A stretch of DNA of 64,000 nt, from assembly GCA_019323015.1 (NCBI GenBank), contig JAHWHY010000002.1, positions 15,100-79,099 on the forward strand, in the 5' to 3' direction. The DNA comes from Candidatus Woesearchaeota archaeon (GTDB lineage: Archaea; Nanobdellota; Nanobdellia; Woesearchaeales; ARS49). The position numbers were made by a program, and so were the translations under genes. Below, one piece after another: positions 9,903-18,713 of the stretch (the stretch's first letter is position 1; each line of letters opens with the position of its first letter). The notes under the pieces were generated by a model. It saw nothing but the letters and a program-made list of their open reading frames with translations. It had not been told where the DNA came from and did not search any database.

Positions 9903-10862
9903 CTACATTAGCTGTGTGACTGTTAATTTTAGTGCTACATATCCTATGTAGACAAGTATGAGTGTGATTGCCTCTCTTTTCTCCAGCTTCATCTTTGTTC
10001 TTAACAAGAAGATTGCCAGGACAGCTACGCCTATCATGAATGGTACGTCAAATTCAAGCAAGGAAGAATTAACATTGAATCCTTTTGCAATTATGGAGCT
10101 TAATCCTAATGTGAATAATATGTCAAATATGTTGCTTCCTATCAGGTTGCCGATTGACAAGCCTCCTGCTTTTTTCATGACTGCATTTGCGCAGATTGAT
10201 AATTCAGGAAGGCTTGTTCCAAATCCTACTATTAATAATCCTATCAATGTTTGGGAGACTCCCCATATGTTTGCTAATACTACTGCATTGTCTACAGTTG
10301 CTCTTGCACCAACTATTAAGAATACAAATCCTGCAAGCAGAGAAGCAACTGACCACACAAATACGCCCCATCCTTTTTGGTTTCTTATCTTTTCTGTTAT
10401 TTTTTCTTCTCTAGCGACTGTCATGAAATAAAAGATGTATATTATCACCATTATTATTCCGTCAAACATAGAGATCTGCCCGTCAAGGCTCATCAATAGC
10501 ATTACTGCTGCTGCCCCTACCATTACTAATCCGTCTCTTAAGAATTCTCTTTTTGATATTATTACTACTCCAAATAATCCTACAACTCCTAGAATAAAGG
10601 TTGTCTGGCTTATGACTGTTCCTACTGTCTCTCCCACTATCAGGCCGGATGTGTCTGCAACGCCGTATAGTTTTTGCAATGCTGCTGTTATGTCAATGAA
10701 TAGTTCTGGCAAGTCACTGCCCATTGCCAGGACAGTTAATCCCATGAACATATGAGATATCTTTAGTCTTTTTGCTATGCTTATTGAGCCTCTTGTCACT
10801 AATTCTGCACCTACCCATAAGCCCACTAATCCCAAGATTAAGTATAATAACTCGTATTGCAA
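9903..10862 (-). CDS. Ca2+/Na+ (CaCA, YrbG-like) antiporter
   Basis: Two alpha repeats: LAMGSDLPELF and VGFGTSLPELSI...GNLIGSNIFDIL. Confidence 0.9.
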   Translation of the reverse strand: MQYELLYLILGLVGLWVGAELVTRGSISIAKRLKISHMFMGLTVLAMGSDLPELFIDITAALQKLYGVADTSGLIVGETVGTVISQTTFILGVVGLFGVVIISKREFLRDGLVMVGAAAVMLLMSLDGQISMFDGIIMVIIYIFYFMTVAREEKITEKIRNQKGWGVFVWSVASLLAGFVFLIVGARATVDNAVVLANIWGVSQTLIGLLIVGFGTSLPELSICANAVMKKAGGLSIGNLIGSNIFDILFTLGLSSIIAKGFNVNSSLLEFDVPFMIGVAVLAIFLLRTKMKLEKREAITLILVYIGYVALKLTVTQLM

Positions 10863-10895
10863 ATAATCACCTTTTTTATATCTTAAACATGCTTA

Positions 10896-11882
10896 TTATT
10901 TATTAAATTTTGGGTATGTTCCTGTTTCCATGAAAACTTTGTGTGTCTTTACTGCAATCCCGCGTTCTTTCTCTATCATTTCATCTGATGCAATGTCTGC
11001 AATTCCTAGTGCAATTAATTCATCTTTCAGGCTCATGATTGCAACAGTGTCTCCTTTTTTTATTCCTGTATTTAGTTTTGATATTCCTGGTGTTTTAAGG
11101 TCAGAGCCGTGGCATACTGTGTCTGCTGCATTGTCAAGTATCCAGACTTTGGGGACTTGTGGTATTGCTTCTTCAACAGGCTTTATGTATTTTTTAATTC
11201 CTTCATCTTTTTTCTTTTTCCATAGCCAGTAGGAATCAGATAGTTCCTGCAGTGTCACCATGTCTTTTTCAGTGAATGGCCCTGCTTTTGTTCTCATGAG
11301 CTGAGCCATGTGCCCGCCGACTTTTAGTTTTTTCCCTACGTCATGGCAGAATTTTCTTATGTATGTTCCTGCCTGGCATCCTATCCTGAAAAGGACATCC
11401 TGTTCCTCTATCTCAAGCACTTCAATGTAATATATTTTTCTTTCACGGACCTGTCTTTTTACTGCTGACTTTATTGGAGGAAGCTGTTTTATGCTGCCCA
11501 CGAATTCATCAAGAACTTTTTTAATTTTATTTTTATCAACAGGCTTGTGCAGGTGCATTATTCCAACATACTCTTTTCCAGCAGGAAGAAGTGTCTGCAC
11601 TATTCTTGTTGCTCTTCCAAGCGCCATTGGCAGAACGCCGGTCACTGCAGGATCCAGTGTTCCAGAATGTCCTGCTTTGTTTATGCAAAGTATTTTTTGG
11701 ACATATTCTGCAACCTGGTGAGATGTCGGGCCTTTTGGCTTGTTTATGTTTACAACACCGTAATTTATCAGGACATCAACTGGCCTTTCTTCTGGTTTGC
11801 AGCCATAGGATGAATCTGTCTCTGATTCTTTTTTAGTTAGAATTTCTCTTTTGATTGTTTCAAAAGGTAACTGATTTTTCAT
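10896..11882 (-). CDS. cbf5: RNA-guided pseudouridine synthase Cbf5 (TruB family, PUA domain)
   Basis: NKPKGPTSHQV, GHSGTLDPAVTGVLP, GTYIRKFCHD, RTKAGPF and a C-terminal PUA domain. Confidence 0.95.
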   Translation of the reverse strand: MKNQLPFETIKREILTKKESETDSSYGCKPEERPVDVLINYGVVNINKPKGPTSHQVAEYVQKILCINKAGHSGTLDPAVTGVLPMALGRATRIVQTLLPAGKEYVGIMHLHKPVDKNKIKKVLDEFVGSIKQLPPIKSAVKRQVRERKIYYIEVLEIEEQDVLFRIGCQAGTYIRKFCHDVGKKLKVGGHMAQLMRTKAGPFTEKDMVTLQELSDSYWLWKKKKDEGIKKYIKPVEEAIPQVPKVWILDNAADTVCHGSDLKTPGISKLNTGIKKGDTVAIMSLKDELIALGIADIASDEMIEKERGIAVKTHKVFMETGTYPKFNK

Positions 11883-11895
11883 CGAGAGTAGTTAT

Positions 11896-12459
11896 TTATT
11901 TTTCAGCAGGTTTTGGTTCTGCTTTAGGAATTTCTTCTTTAGGAGTGTCTTTTTTTGGCTCTTCTTTCTTTTCTTCTGTAGGTTTCGCTTCTTCTGTTTT
12001 CTCTGGCTCTTTCTTGGCTTCTTCTGCTTTAACTTCTTCTTTCTTTTCTTCTGCTGGTTTTGCCTTTTCTTCTTTTTTCTCTTCCTTCTTCTTTTTCTTT
12101 ATTGGCGGTTTCTTGTCTTCTTTCTTCCCTGTTATTGTTTCTTTTACTTTTGTTGCGATTCCTTTCTTTTCTTCTTCTTTTTTCTTCTCTGCAACTATTT
12201 TTTTGCCGAATATTTCAGCTCTTACAACTCCTTTTTCGTCTTTTTGGACATTGACTTTTATTCTGCCTGGCGGATTTTTTATGCCGTTTTTCCATAGTTC
12301 TTCATTTAGGTGTTTGCCAAGCCTTACATCTTCTGATTTCATGTGTTTGATTAGAAAGTCTTTTACAGCTGTGACTGCTTTTTTTGCTCTCCTGTATTTT
12401 GGAGACTTCAGCCACTCTTTTCGTAGAGGTATTGTGTATGTTCTCTCTATTTTTGCCAT
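11896..12459 (-). CDS. rpl31e: 50S ribosomal protein eL31 with a long K/E/P-rich C-terminal tail
   Basis: ERTYTIPLR...RRAKKAV...LNEELWKNGIKNPPGRIKV; next to rpl39e. Confidence 0.95.
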   Translation of the reverse strand: MAKIERTYTIPLRKEWLKSPKYRRAKKAVTAVKDFLIKHMKSEDVRLGKHLNEELWKNGIKNPPGRIKVNVQKDEKGVVRAEIFGKKIVAEKKKEEEKKGIATKVKETITGKKEDKKPPIKKKKKEEKKEEKAKPAEEKKEEVKAEEAKKEPEKTEEAKPTEEKKEEPKKDTPKEEIPKAEPKPAEK

Positions 12460-12460
12460 T

Positions 12461-12634
12461 TTATGCCTTTATCTTTGTCCTTCTCCAGCTTCGCTTTACT
12501 GTTGTGTGTCTTCCTGGATGGACTCTCCTGCCTTTTCCGAATTTTTTTGGCACTGTCCAGTAAGGCGCCCATCTGCACTGCCTTCCTGCTTTTACAAGGC
12601 GTTTTTTTCTGCTTGGGTGCTTGTTTCGTGCCAT
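12461..12634 (-). CDS. rpl39e: 50S ribosomal protein eL39
   Basis: Manual translation (57 aa, absent from the ORF track): MARNKHPSRKKRLVKAGRQCRWAPYWTVPKKFGKGRRVHPGRHTTVKRSWRRTKIKA. Lies between rps19e and rpl31e. Confidence 0.9.
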   Translation of the reverse strand: MARNKHPSRKKRLVKAGRQCRWAPYWTVPKKFGKGRRVHPGRHTTVKRSWRRTKIKA

Positions 12635-12637
12635 TTT

Positions 12638-13267
12638 TTATTCCTCTGGTTTTGCTTTTTCAGCAGGTTTTTCAGGAGCTTCTTCTTTTTTTGCTGCTGC
12701 TTTTTTTGTCTTTTTTTTTGCTGCTTTTTTTCTTGTTGTTCTTTTCTTTGCTTTCTTTTTTCTTGTTTTCTTTTTCTTCTTCTTTACAACAGGGTATTCA
12801 ACTGGAAGCTCTGTTGTGCTTTTCTTTGGAAGCGTGATTTTCTTTTCTTTCATTAGCTCTTCAGAAGCTTTGCCAAGCAGTTTTGATCCTTGCTTTGTTA
12901 TCACTCTTCCTTTGTGTGTTCCTTTCTCTCCTTTTTCTGCAAGTCCTGCTTTCTCTAGCTGCTGAAGTATTTTTCTGATGATGTTTCCTGATGCTCTGAA
13001 GAATTTCTCAGGCTGATGTCCCCTGTTTTTTCTTCCGCCGTATTTTGTCCTTAGTTTTGATACGCCGATTGGGCCTTTTTTCTGTATTGTTAGAAGTATT
13101 GCTGCTGCTCTTATGTGCCACCAGTTCCTTTGCACTGGTGCTCTCTCTTTGTGCACTCCTGTCTTTACAAAGTCAGACCAGCTTGGTGGAGTCAGGTCTG
13201 GTATTTTCTCCAGCTCTGCAGCTGTCTTTAGTATTAGTTCATTTACAGGTACATCGTATAGTGTCAT
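12638..13267 (-). CDS. rps19e: 30S ribosomal protein eS19 with a Lys-rich C-terminal tail
   Basis: PPSWSDFVKTGVHKERAP...WWHIRAAAIL...GVSKLRTKYGGRKNRG...SGNIIRKILQQLEKAGL. Confidence 0.95.
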   Translation of the reverse strand: MTLYDVPVNELILKTAAELEKIPDLTPPSWSDFVKTGVHKERAPVQRNWWHIRAAAILLTIQKKGPIGVSKLRTKYGGRKNRGHQPEKFFRASGNIIRKILQQLEKAGLAEKGEKGTHKGRVITKQGSKLLGKASEELMKEKKITLPKKSTTELPVEYPVVKKKKKKTRKKKAKKRTTRKKAAKKKTKKAAAKKEEAPEKPAEKAKPEE

Positions 13268-13278
13268 TTTTTATCACT

Positions 13279-13327
13279 TATTCCGACCTTTCGGTCTACT
13301 CAGGATGTCCGAAGATCACCCAGAATA
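13279..13327 (-). promoter_or_regulatory. Putative structured 5' leader RNA of rps19e (three-way junction)
   Basis: Minus strand reads UAUUCU-G-GGUGAUC(UUCG)GACAUC-CUGAGUA-GACC(GAAA)GGUC-GGAAUA. It has cUUCGg and GNRA tetraloops plus a closing stem and ends 12 nt before the AUG. Confidence 0.5.
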
Positions 13328-13387
13328 CTGGTATGAAACAATGGTTTGTTTAAAAAGGTTGCGGTTCTACACAAATATTCAGTAAAG

Positions 13388-13397
13388 TTTATATAAA
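13388..13397. promoter_or_regulatory. Palindromic TATA box between divergent rps19e and thrS
   Basis: TTTATATAAA is self-complementary and lies 22 nt upstream of the thrS ATG, consistent with a leaderless transcript. Confidence 0.55.
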
Positions 13398-13418
13398 GGT
13401 GATTTATCTTTTATTATT

Positions 13419-15311
13419 ATGAAAATACTTGCTTTGCACTCGGATTTTATTGAGTTTAAGCCAGAGAAAAAAGCCTTGAAAGATGCAGAAAAAGTAGATA
13501 AAAAGCCAGTTCACGTGGACGAATGCCTTGTGATACTTTCTTCTGTTGAAAAAAGGGATGAGTCTAATGCAAAGGCAGTTGTCAAGAGGCTTGTTGAGGA
13601 GATAGAGTCTGTTGCAGGCCAGGTAAAGGCAAAGAATGTTGTTTTATATCCTTATGTTCACTTGAGCGCAAGCCCTGCATCCCCTGCAAAAGCGCTTTCA
13701 GTTCTGAAGGATGCTGAAAAAGCTTTAAAGAAAAAGTTCAAGGTTACAAGGGCGCCTTTTGGTTGGTATAAGTCTTTTGACATTAAGTGCAAGGGGCATC
13801 CTTTGTCTGAGTTGAGCAGGGAGTTTACTGCAGAAGGTGAAGAAAAAGAAGATGTTAGCAGGGCGCTGAAAGCAGAGGCAAAGGCAGTAAGCAAGTGGTT
13901 TATTCTTGATGAGAAAGGGAAACTGCATGAGTTAAAGATTGAGAAAAATAAGATTGCTGGTTTTGATTTCAAGAAGCATGAGAATCTCAGGAAGTTTGCA
14001 GAGTATGAACTTCAGAAAGTGCGTGTTGCAAAAGGAGAGCCGCCTCATGTTAATTATATGAAAAAGCTTGAGTTGGTTGATTATGAGCCAGGCTCTGACC
14101 CGGGAAATCTTCGGTTTTATCCCAAGGGAAGGATGATTAAGTCGCTTTTAGAGAGGTTTGTGACAGGAAAAGTAAAGGAGTATGGGGGCATGGAGGTGGA
14201 GACTCCTATAATGTATGATTTTGAGCATCCTGCTCTTAAGAGTTACCTGAATCGTTTTCCTGCGCGCCAGTACACTATTCAGACGCCTAACAAGAGGGTT
14301 TTCTTGAGGTTTGCTGCTTGTTTTGGGCAGTTCTTGATGGCTCATGACATGGGTATTTCTTATAAAGACCTTCCTTTGAAATTATATGAGCTTTCCCGTT
14401 ATTCTTTCAGGGTTGAACAGCATGGTGAATTGACTGGTTTAAGGAGGTTGAGAGCGTTTACTATGCCTGACTGTCACGCGTTTTGTGCTGATGTGGGCCA
14501 GGCAAGAGATGAGATGCTTGTCAGGTTTGATATGTGCACAAGTGTACTGGACAATATTGGCCTTAAGATTCCTGATGAGCTTGAGATGGATGTCAGGATT
14601 GTCAAGGGATTTTGGGAAAAGAACAAGGAGTATGTCAAGAGTCTTGTCAAGAGATGGGGAAGGCCTGCTCTTGTGGAGATGCATGATGAACAATATGCTT
14701 ATTTCTTGATGAAGTATTCCTGGAATTTTGTTGATGTTCTGGGCAAGGCTGCTGCGTTGACAACTGATCAGATAGATGTTGAGAATGCCAGGCAGTATGA
14801 TATTACTTATGTTGATAAACACAGCAAAAAGCAGAATCCTATTATACTGCACTGCTCTCCCAGTGGTGCTATTGAAAGGGTGATGTGGGTCCTGCTTGAG
14901 AGGGCGCATTTCATGGAAAAAGCAGGCAAGCCGCCAATGCTTCCTGTGTGGCTTTCTCCTTCGCAGGTCAGGATTATCCCTGTTTCTTCTGAGAATCATT
15001 TTAAGTTTGCTGAAAATCTTGCGCAGGAGTTCAAGAAAGAGGATATTCGCGCTGATATTGATGATAGGGAAGAGAGTGTTGGCAAGAGAATAAGGCAGTC
15101 TGCTACTGAGTGGGTTCCTTACACTCTTGTTGTTGGTGATAAAGAAGCAGGGGAAGACAAGCTTATGGTGCGGGTCAGGAAGACTGGAAAAGAGATTAAG
15201 ATGTCTAAAAAAGATTTGATAAAAGAGATTAAGTCTGAAATAAAAGACATGCCGTTTGAGCCTGTTCCAGAGAATGTTTTATTGAGCAAGAGGCCTATTT
15301 TTGTGGGATGA
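13419..15311 (+). CDS. thrS: Threonyl-tRNA synthetase, archaeal type with N-terminal editing domain
   Basis: MKILALHSDFIEF, LYPYVHLS, APFGWYKSFDIKCKGHPLSELSR, LRFAACFGQF, LRRLRAFTMPDCH, LHCSPSGAIER. Confidence 0.97.
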   Translation: MKILALHSDFIEFKPEKKALKDAEKVDKKPVHVDECLVILSSVEKRDESNAKAVVKRLVEEIESVAGQVKAKNVVLYPYVHLSASPASPAKALSVLKDAEKALKKKFKVTRAPFGWYKSFDIKCKGHPLSELSREFTAEGEEKEDVSRALKAEAKAVSKWFILDEKGKLHELKIEKNKIAGFDFKKHENLRKFAEYELQKVRVAKGEPPHVNYMKKLELVDYEPGSDPGNLRFYPKGRMIKSLLERFVTGKVKEYGGMEVETPIMYDFEHPALKSYLNRFPARQYTIQTPNKRVFLRFAACFGQFLMAHDMGISYKDLPLKLYELSRYSFRVEQHGELTGLRRLRAFTMPDCHAFCADVGQARDEMLVRFDMCTSVLDNIGLKIPDELEMDVRIVKGFWEKNKEYVKSLVKRWGRPALVEMHDEQYAYFLMKYSWNFVDVLGKAAALTTDQIDVENARQYDITYVDKHSKKQNPIILHCSPSGAIERVMWVLLERAHFMEKAGKPPMLPVWLSPSQVRIIPVSSENHFKFAENLAQEFKKEDIRADIDDREESVGKRIRQSATEWVPYTLVVGDKEAGEDKLMVRVRKTGKEIKMSKKDLIKEIKSEIKDMPFEPVPENVLLSKRPIFVG

Positions 15312-15315
15312 TTGC

Positions 15316-15642
15316 TTAAGTTCTTGCTTTTACTTTTTGTTTTAGTTGTTTTTCTGTTTCTTTTTTTGTTGTTGTCCAGTAAAGTTTTCTGAATTGCTGC
15401 ACAATAGGATTTTGTTTGTTTAACTTGTATAGTTTTGCTTTTCCAATTGTTCTTGTCTGCACCACTATTTTGTGCTTGACGAGATTTTTCCAGAATATTT
15501 TAAGGGTTGAATACCCAACTCCTGAATTTCTTGCTATGTCAACCATGGAGTAATCAAAATCCTCATACACCATGAAAAAATCAAGCACCCTGAGCAGGGG
15601 GCTGTCACCAAATATTTTCAAAAACAATGATTTGTTTGCCAT
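15316..15642 (-). CDS. Small winged-HTH DNA-binding protein
   Basis: FGDSPLLRVLDFF...DYSMVDIARNSGVGYSTL...LVKHKIVVQTRTIGKAKLYKLN. Start taken at MANK (15642). Confidence 0.75.
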   Translation of the reverse strand: MANKSLFLKIFGDSPLLRVLDFFMVYEDFDYSMVDIARNSGVGYSTLKIFWKNLVKHKIVVQTRTIGKAKLYKLNKQNPIVQQFRKLYWTTTKKETEKQLKQKVKART

Positions 15643-15778
15643 ATTGTTCAGAAAGCACAGCAAATATTTAAGACTTTCTATTTTTAACCTTTAAAGGCTA
15701 ATAATAACAATTATAATCTGTAAGTTTTCCGGATTTCTGAGGGCAAGGCTGATAAAGGGAAAACACAGGAAAAAAGCC

Positions 15779-16039
15779 ATGCAGGAGATTGAATTAGTCA
15801 AAAAAGCAGTTATCAGGAAGCTTTATTCAGCAGGCTGCTGGGGAAAAGGGCATATGCTTGTTGACAGGTTCAAGTCAGGCCTCCCTCCGCATTTTAGAGG
15901 CATTGTTTCAAAAGCAGTAAAAGAATTAGTCAAAGAAAGGCTTGTCTGTGTTTATGGCCGGACAAAACATGGATTGGCAGTTTACTTGAATGTTACAAAA
16001 AAAGAGCGAATTGATGCATTGATAGAGAAAGAATTATAA
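15779..16039 (+). CDS. Small basic hypothetical protein, divergent from the wHTH gene
   Basis: 86 aa ORF with a purine-rich RBS; helical N-terminus and a C-terminal beta hairpin-like VCVYGRTKHGLAVYLN. Confidence 0.6.
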   Translation: MQEIELVKKAVIRKLYSAGCWGKGHMLVDRFKSGLPPHFRGIVSKAVKELVKERLVCVYGRTKHGLAVYLNVTKKERIDALIEKEL

Positions 16040-16062
16040 ATTAAAGGCAAATTCTATGTGCT

Positions 16063-16413
16063 ATGAAAGAATACAAGCAGGTAATTCTGATAAGAAAAGA
16101 TTTGAAATTGTCTAAGGGAAAGATGTCTGCTCAGGCAGCTCATGCCTCTACAGATGCTTTGCTTAAGTCGCACAAGGATGACATTAAGAATTGGAAAGAT
16201 CAGGGAATGAAAAAAGTGATTCTTGGTGTTGAGAATCAGGAAGAGCTGCTTAAGTTAAAAGTGCAGGCAGAAGATGCTGGTCTTGTTACTGTAATCATTG
16301 CAGACGCAGGCAGGACAGAACTTGCTCCTGGCACAGTGACTGCTGTTGGCATTGGCCCTGATGATGAAGATAAGATAGATAGAGTTACTGGGCATCTAAA
16401 ACTTATTTCTTAA
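16063..16413 (+). CDS. pth2: Peptidyl-tRNA hydrolase Pth2
   Basis: KQVILIRKDLKLSKGKMSAQAAHA...KKVIL...IADAGRTELAPGTVTAVGIGP. Confidence 0.97.
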   Translation: MKEYKQVILIRKDLKLSKGKMSAQAAHASTDALLKSHKDDIKNWKDQGMKKVILGVENQEELLKLKVQAEDAGLVTVIIADAGRTELAPGTVTAVGIGPDDEDKIDRVTGHLKLIS

Positions 16414-16652
16414 ATGCAGCTCCTGCTCTCCATCTCTACTCTTAATCCTGCACAAATAGGCTGTTCTGGCCGCCAGTTGCAGTTATACTTTTGGTAATCA
16501 TTGTGTAATTGTTGGCAAGAGTAATAAACTGCTTTTCCTGACGCTGCTGCTGTTGTTCCGCTGTAGTGCAGTGCGACTGCGCCTACTGCTGCAATGACTA
16601 TTATTAAGACTGTCATGAACAGTAAATAATCGTGTTTTGGGTGTGGTATCAT
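16410..16652 (-). CDS. Small exported Cys-containing hypothetical protein
   Basis: N-terminal TM, AASGKAVY linker and four Cys; overlaps the end of the peptidase gene (coupled). Confidence 0.55.
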   Translation of the reverse strand: MIPHPKHDYLLFMTVLIIVIAAVGAVALHYSGTTAAASGKAVYYSCQQLHNDYQKYNCNWRPEQPICAGLRVEMESRSCI

Positions 16653-17335
16653 TCTAGTTTGCCTTGTATTATTATTATGTCATTGTCTGTTCCAGGTGCG
16701 TTCCATGCATCAATAAAGTCTTGTTTTAATGCTTTTTGGTTTGGCCCGCGTGCACTGTTGTGGAACAAGACGTGTGTTTGGTTGATGTATGTTATTGTGA
16801 CTCCGTGTCCTGAGTATAATCCTGGCCTGCCCATTACCGTGTTATAATCAATTATCATTAGGATTACATCTCCTTTGTTGAATGCGTTTTCAACTGCTTG
16901 CCAGTCTAGTTTTGTGTTTTGATATCTGTTGCTTGTCCTAAGAAAATCAATTGACTGCATCAGCAATGGCCAATCTGTGACTTCATTTATCAATGGCCCG
17001 TCTTCAGGACCGTAATATTCCATCACAAATTCTGGAGTGAGTTGATAATATGGTGTTGTTGAGAAATAATATGCATCCAGTCCTTCATTTAACAGTACTG
17101 GCATTGCTTGTGAGAACCAGGTCCATTTTTCTCCTGTCCTTCCTATCATGTTGTCGATTTGTTCTAGTGTGTATTTTCTTTCTGCAAAATAATAATTCAG
17201 TGCCATTGTTACCTGGCTTGGAACACAAGACGGCCCTTCTTGGCGGGTATAAGGAATATCTAATGGTGTTCTGGTTATGGTTGCGCAGGAAGTAACAAGC
17301 ACTAAAACTAGGAGTATCACCAGTTCTTTTTTCAT
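16649..17335 (-). CDS. Exported papain-like (peptidase C39-like) cysteine protease, possible lipoprotein
   Basis: Signal with LVTS-C; YTRQEGPSCVPSQVTMALNY (Gln and catalytic Cys); GHGVTITYI (His); VLFHNS. Confidence 0.7.
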   Translation of the reverse strand: MKKELVILLVLVLVTSCATITRTPLDIPYTRQEGPSCVPSQVTMALNYYFAERKYTLEQIDNMIGRTGEKWTWFSQAMPVLLNEGLDAYYFSTTPYYQLTPEFVMEYYGPEDGPLINEVTDWPLLMQSIDFLRTSNRYQNTKLDWQAVENAFNKGDVILMIIDYNTVMGRPGLYSGHGVTITYINQTHVLFHNSARGPNQKALKQDFIDAWNAPGTDNDIIIIQGKLE

Positions 17336-17381
17336 ATCTGCTTTTTATCAACTGTAGTATAAATATTTTGCCATATTTAGT

Positions 17382-17512
17382 AAGTATTGTGTGGTAGGTA
17401 GTAAGTAGTTGCCGAACATCAATTCCCGAATAACCGAGAACCACAAACTACAAACTAAGAACTACTAACAGAATAACCACAAACCCAAGACCATTAACTA
17501 AACAACCACAAA
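17382..17512. repeat. Intergenic element copy 1: 42-bp core flanked by inverted degenerate heptamer arrays
   Basis: Core 17409-17450 TTGCCGAACATCAATTCCCGAATAACCGAGAACCACAAACTA is identical to 18748-18789. Left arm is NNGTRGT repeats; right arm is AACYRNN repeats. Confidence 0.85.
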
Positions 17513-17553
17513 AGACCGCAATATTTATAAACAACTGCCAAATCTAATATTCC

Positions 17554-18018
17554 ATGGTCGGTTTCAAAGTTGTTATAGGAACTAAAGAAGGTAAATGCCA
17601 CCAGAAAGAGATTCCTGAAGAGGATTCCAAGAATTTGATTGGCAAGAAAATAGGGGATACTATCAAGGGTGAATTGATAGGCCTTACTGGTTATGAGTTT
17701 GCTATAACAGGCGGTACTGACTATGCTGGCTTTCCTATGAGAAAGGATATTGTCGGTACAGGAAGAAAGCGTATCCTTGCAGTTGCAGATATTGGCCTTA
17801 AGAAGAAGGCCAGAGGCATAAGAAAACGAAAGACTGTCTGCGGAAACACGATTCATGCAAAGATTTCTCAAATCAACCTAAAGGTTATGAAAGAAGGCAA
17901 GGAAAAGCTTGGCGCTGCTCCTGAAGCAAAAGAAGGAGAGGCACCTAAGGAAGAAAAAAAAGAAGCTCCTAAGGAAGAAAAGAAAGAAGAAGCCCCTAAA
18001 GAGGAGAAAAAGGAATAA
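17554..18018 (+). CDS. rps6e: 30S ribosomal protein eS6 with a repeated APKEEKKE tail
   Basis: FKVVIG...LIGKKIGD...GYEFAITGGTDYAGFPMRKD...RKRKTVCGNTI...QINLKV. Confidence 0.95.
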   Translation: MVGFKVVIGTKEGKCHQKEIPEEDSKNLIGKKIGDTIKGELIGLTGYEFAITGGTDYAGFPMRKDIVGTGRKRILAVADIGLKKKARGIRKRKTVCGNTIHAKISQINLKVMKEGKEKLGAAPEAKEGEAPKEEKKEAPKEEKKEEAPKEEKKE

Positions 18019-18073
18019 TTCTCAGAAAAATAGTAAAGTTTATAAATAAGTCTCTCTAAGATTAGTAAAAAGG

Positions 18074-18712
18074 GTGGTAACAATCGATAAAGTTGATCTC
18101 ATTCACAAATTTGTTCAATCATATAATTCTGCTCAAGACAGCATAGATTCAAATAGGATGGATGAAGCTAAGCTGAAGTATAAGGAATTGATGTCTGTTT
18201 ATAAGCAGATTGCTGATTCTGACATGGAGTCTGTTCACAAGGAGCTTGCTTATGACCAGGTAATGAAGGTCTTTAATGGTGTCAAGGGAATGCGGCCGAA
18301 ATCCAATTTTCACGTAAAGTCTGTTGCTCTTGCTGTTGTTGTGATAATCATCAGCTTGGTTATTTTCATAAAGCCTGAGATTATAGGCATGGTTGTGTCT
18401 GACATAAACCAGGCGCCTGCCTGGAATAGTGACAGCAGCTTGTTTGTGATTTCAGGGGTTTCGCAGGATACAATGTTTGCTGGAAACAGCGGCGGAACCA
18501 TTAATCTTGATGCTTTCTTTAGTGATGCTGATGGTGATGAATTGACGTATCTTGCAACATCAACAAGCGGCCTTGATGTGAAGATTAATGGGGATTTTCT
18601 TTCATTCATTCCTCAGCCAGGTGTGTTTGGGGAAAGGATGATAACTGTTGTTGCTTCTGATGGTGAAGAAGTTGTTCAGCAGGAGCTTGTGGTAAGGATT
18701 GTCAAGAGATAG
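18074..18712 (+). CDS. Membrane protein with a C-terminal cadherin/Ig-like domain
   Basis: Cytoplasmic helical N-terminus, one TM, then NQAPAW...INLDAFFSDADGDELTY...LSFIPQPGVFGERMITVVASDG. Confidence 0.7.
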   Translation: MVTIDKVDLIHKFVQSYNSAQDSIDSNRMDEAKLKYKELMSVYKQIADSDMESVHKELAYDQVMKVFNGVKGMRPKSNFHVKSVALAVVVIIISLVIFIKPEIIGMVVSDINQAPAWNSDSSLFVISGVSQDTMFAGNSGGTINLDAFFSDADGDELTYLATSTSGLDVKINGDFLSFIPQPGVFGERMITVVASDGEEVVQQELVVRIVKR

Positions 18713-18713
18713 T

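Noticed and set aside
11855-12965. Long plus-strand ORFs (333, 124, 114 aa) rich in F/S/L
   Set aside because: Antisense shadows of the Lys/Glu-rich tails of rpl31e and rps19e and of rpl39e.
13279-13327. Hammerhead ribozyme (CUGAnnA followed by stem II and GGAA looks similar)
   Set aside because: The core deviates at invariant positions (CUGAGUA instead of CUGANGA; GGAA instead of GAAA), and no register places a UH cleavage site adjacent to stem I. Kept only as a structured leader.
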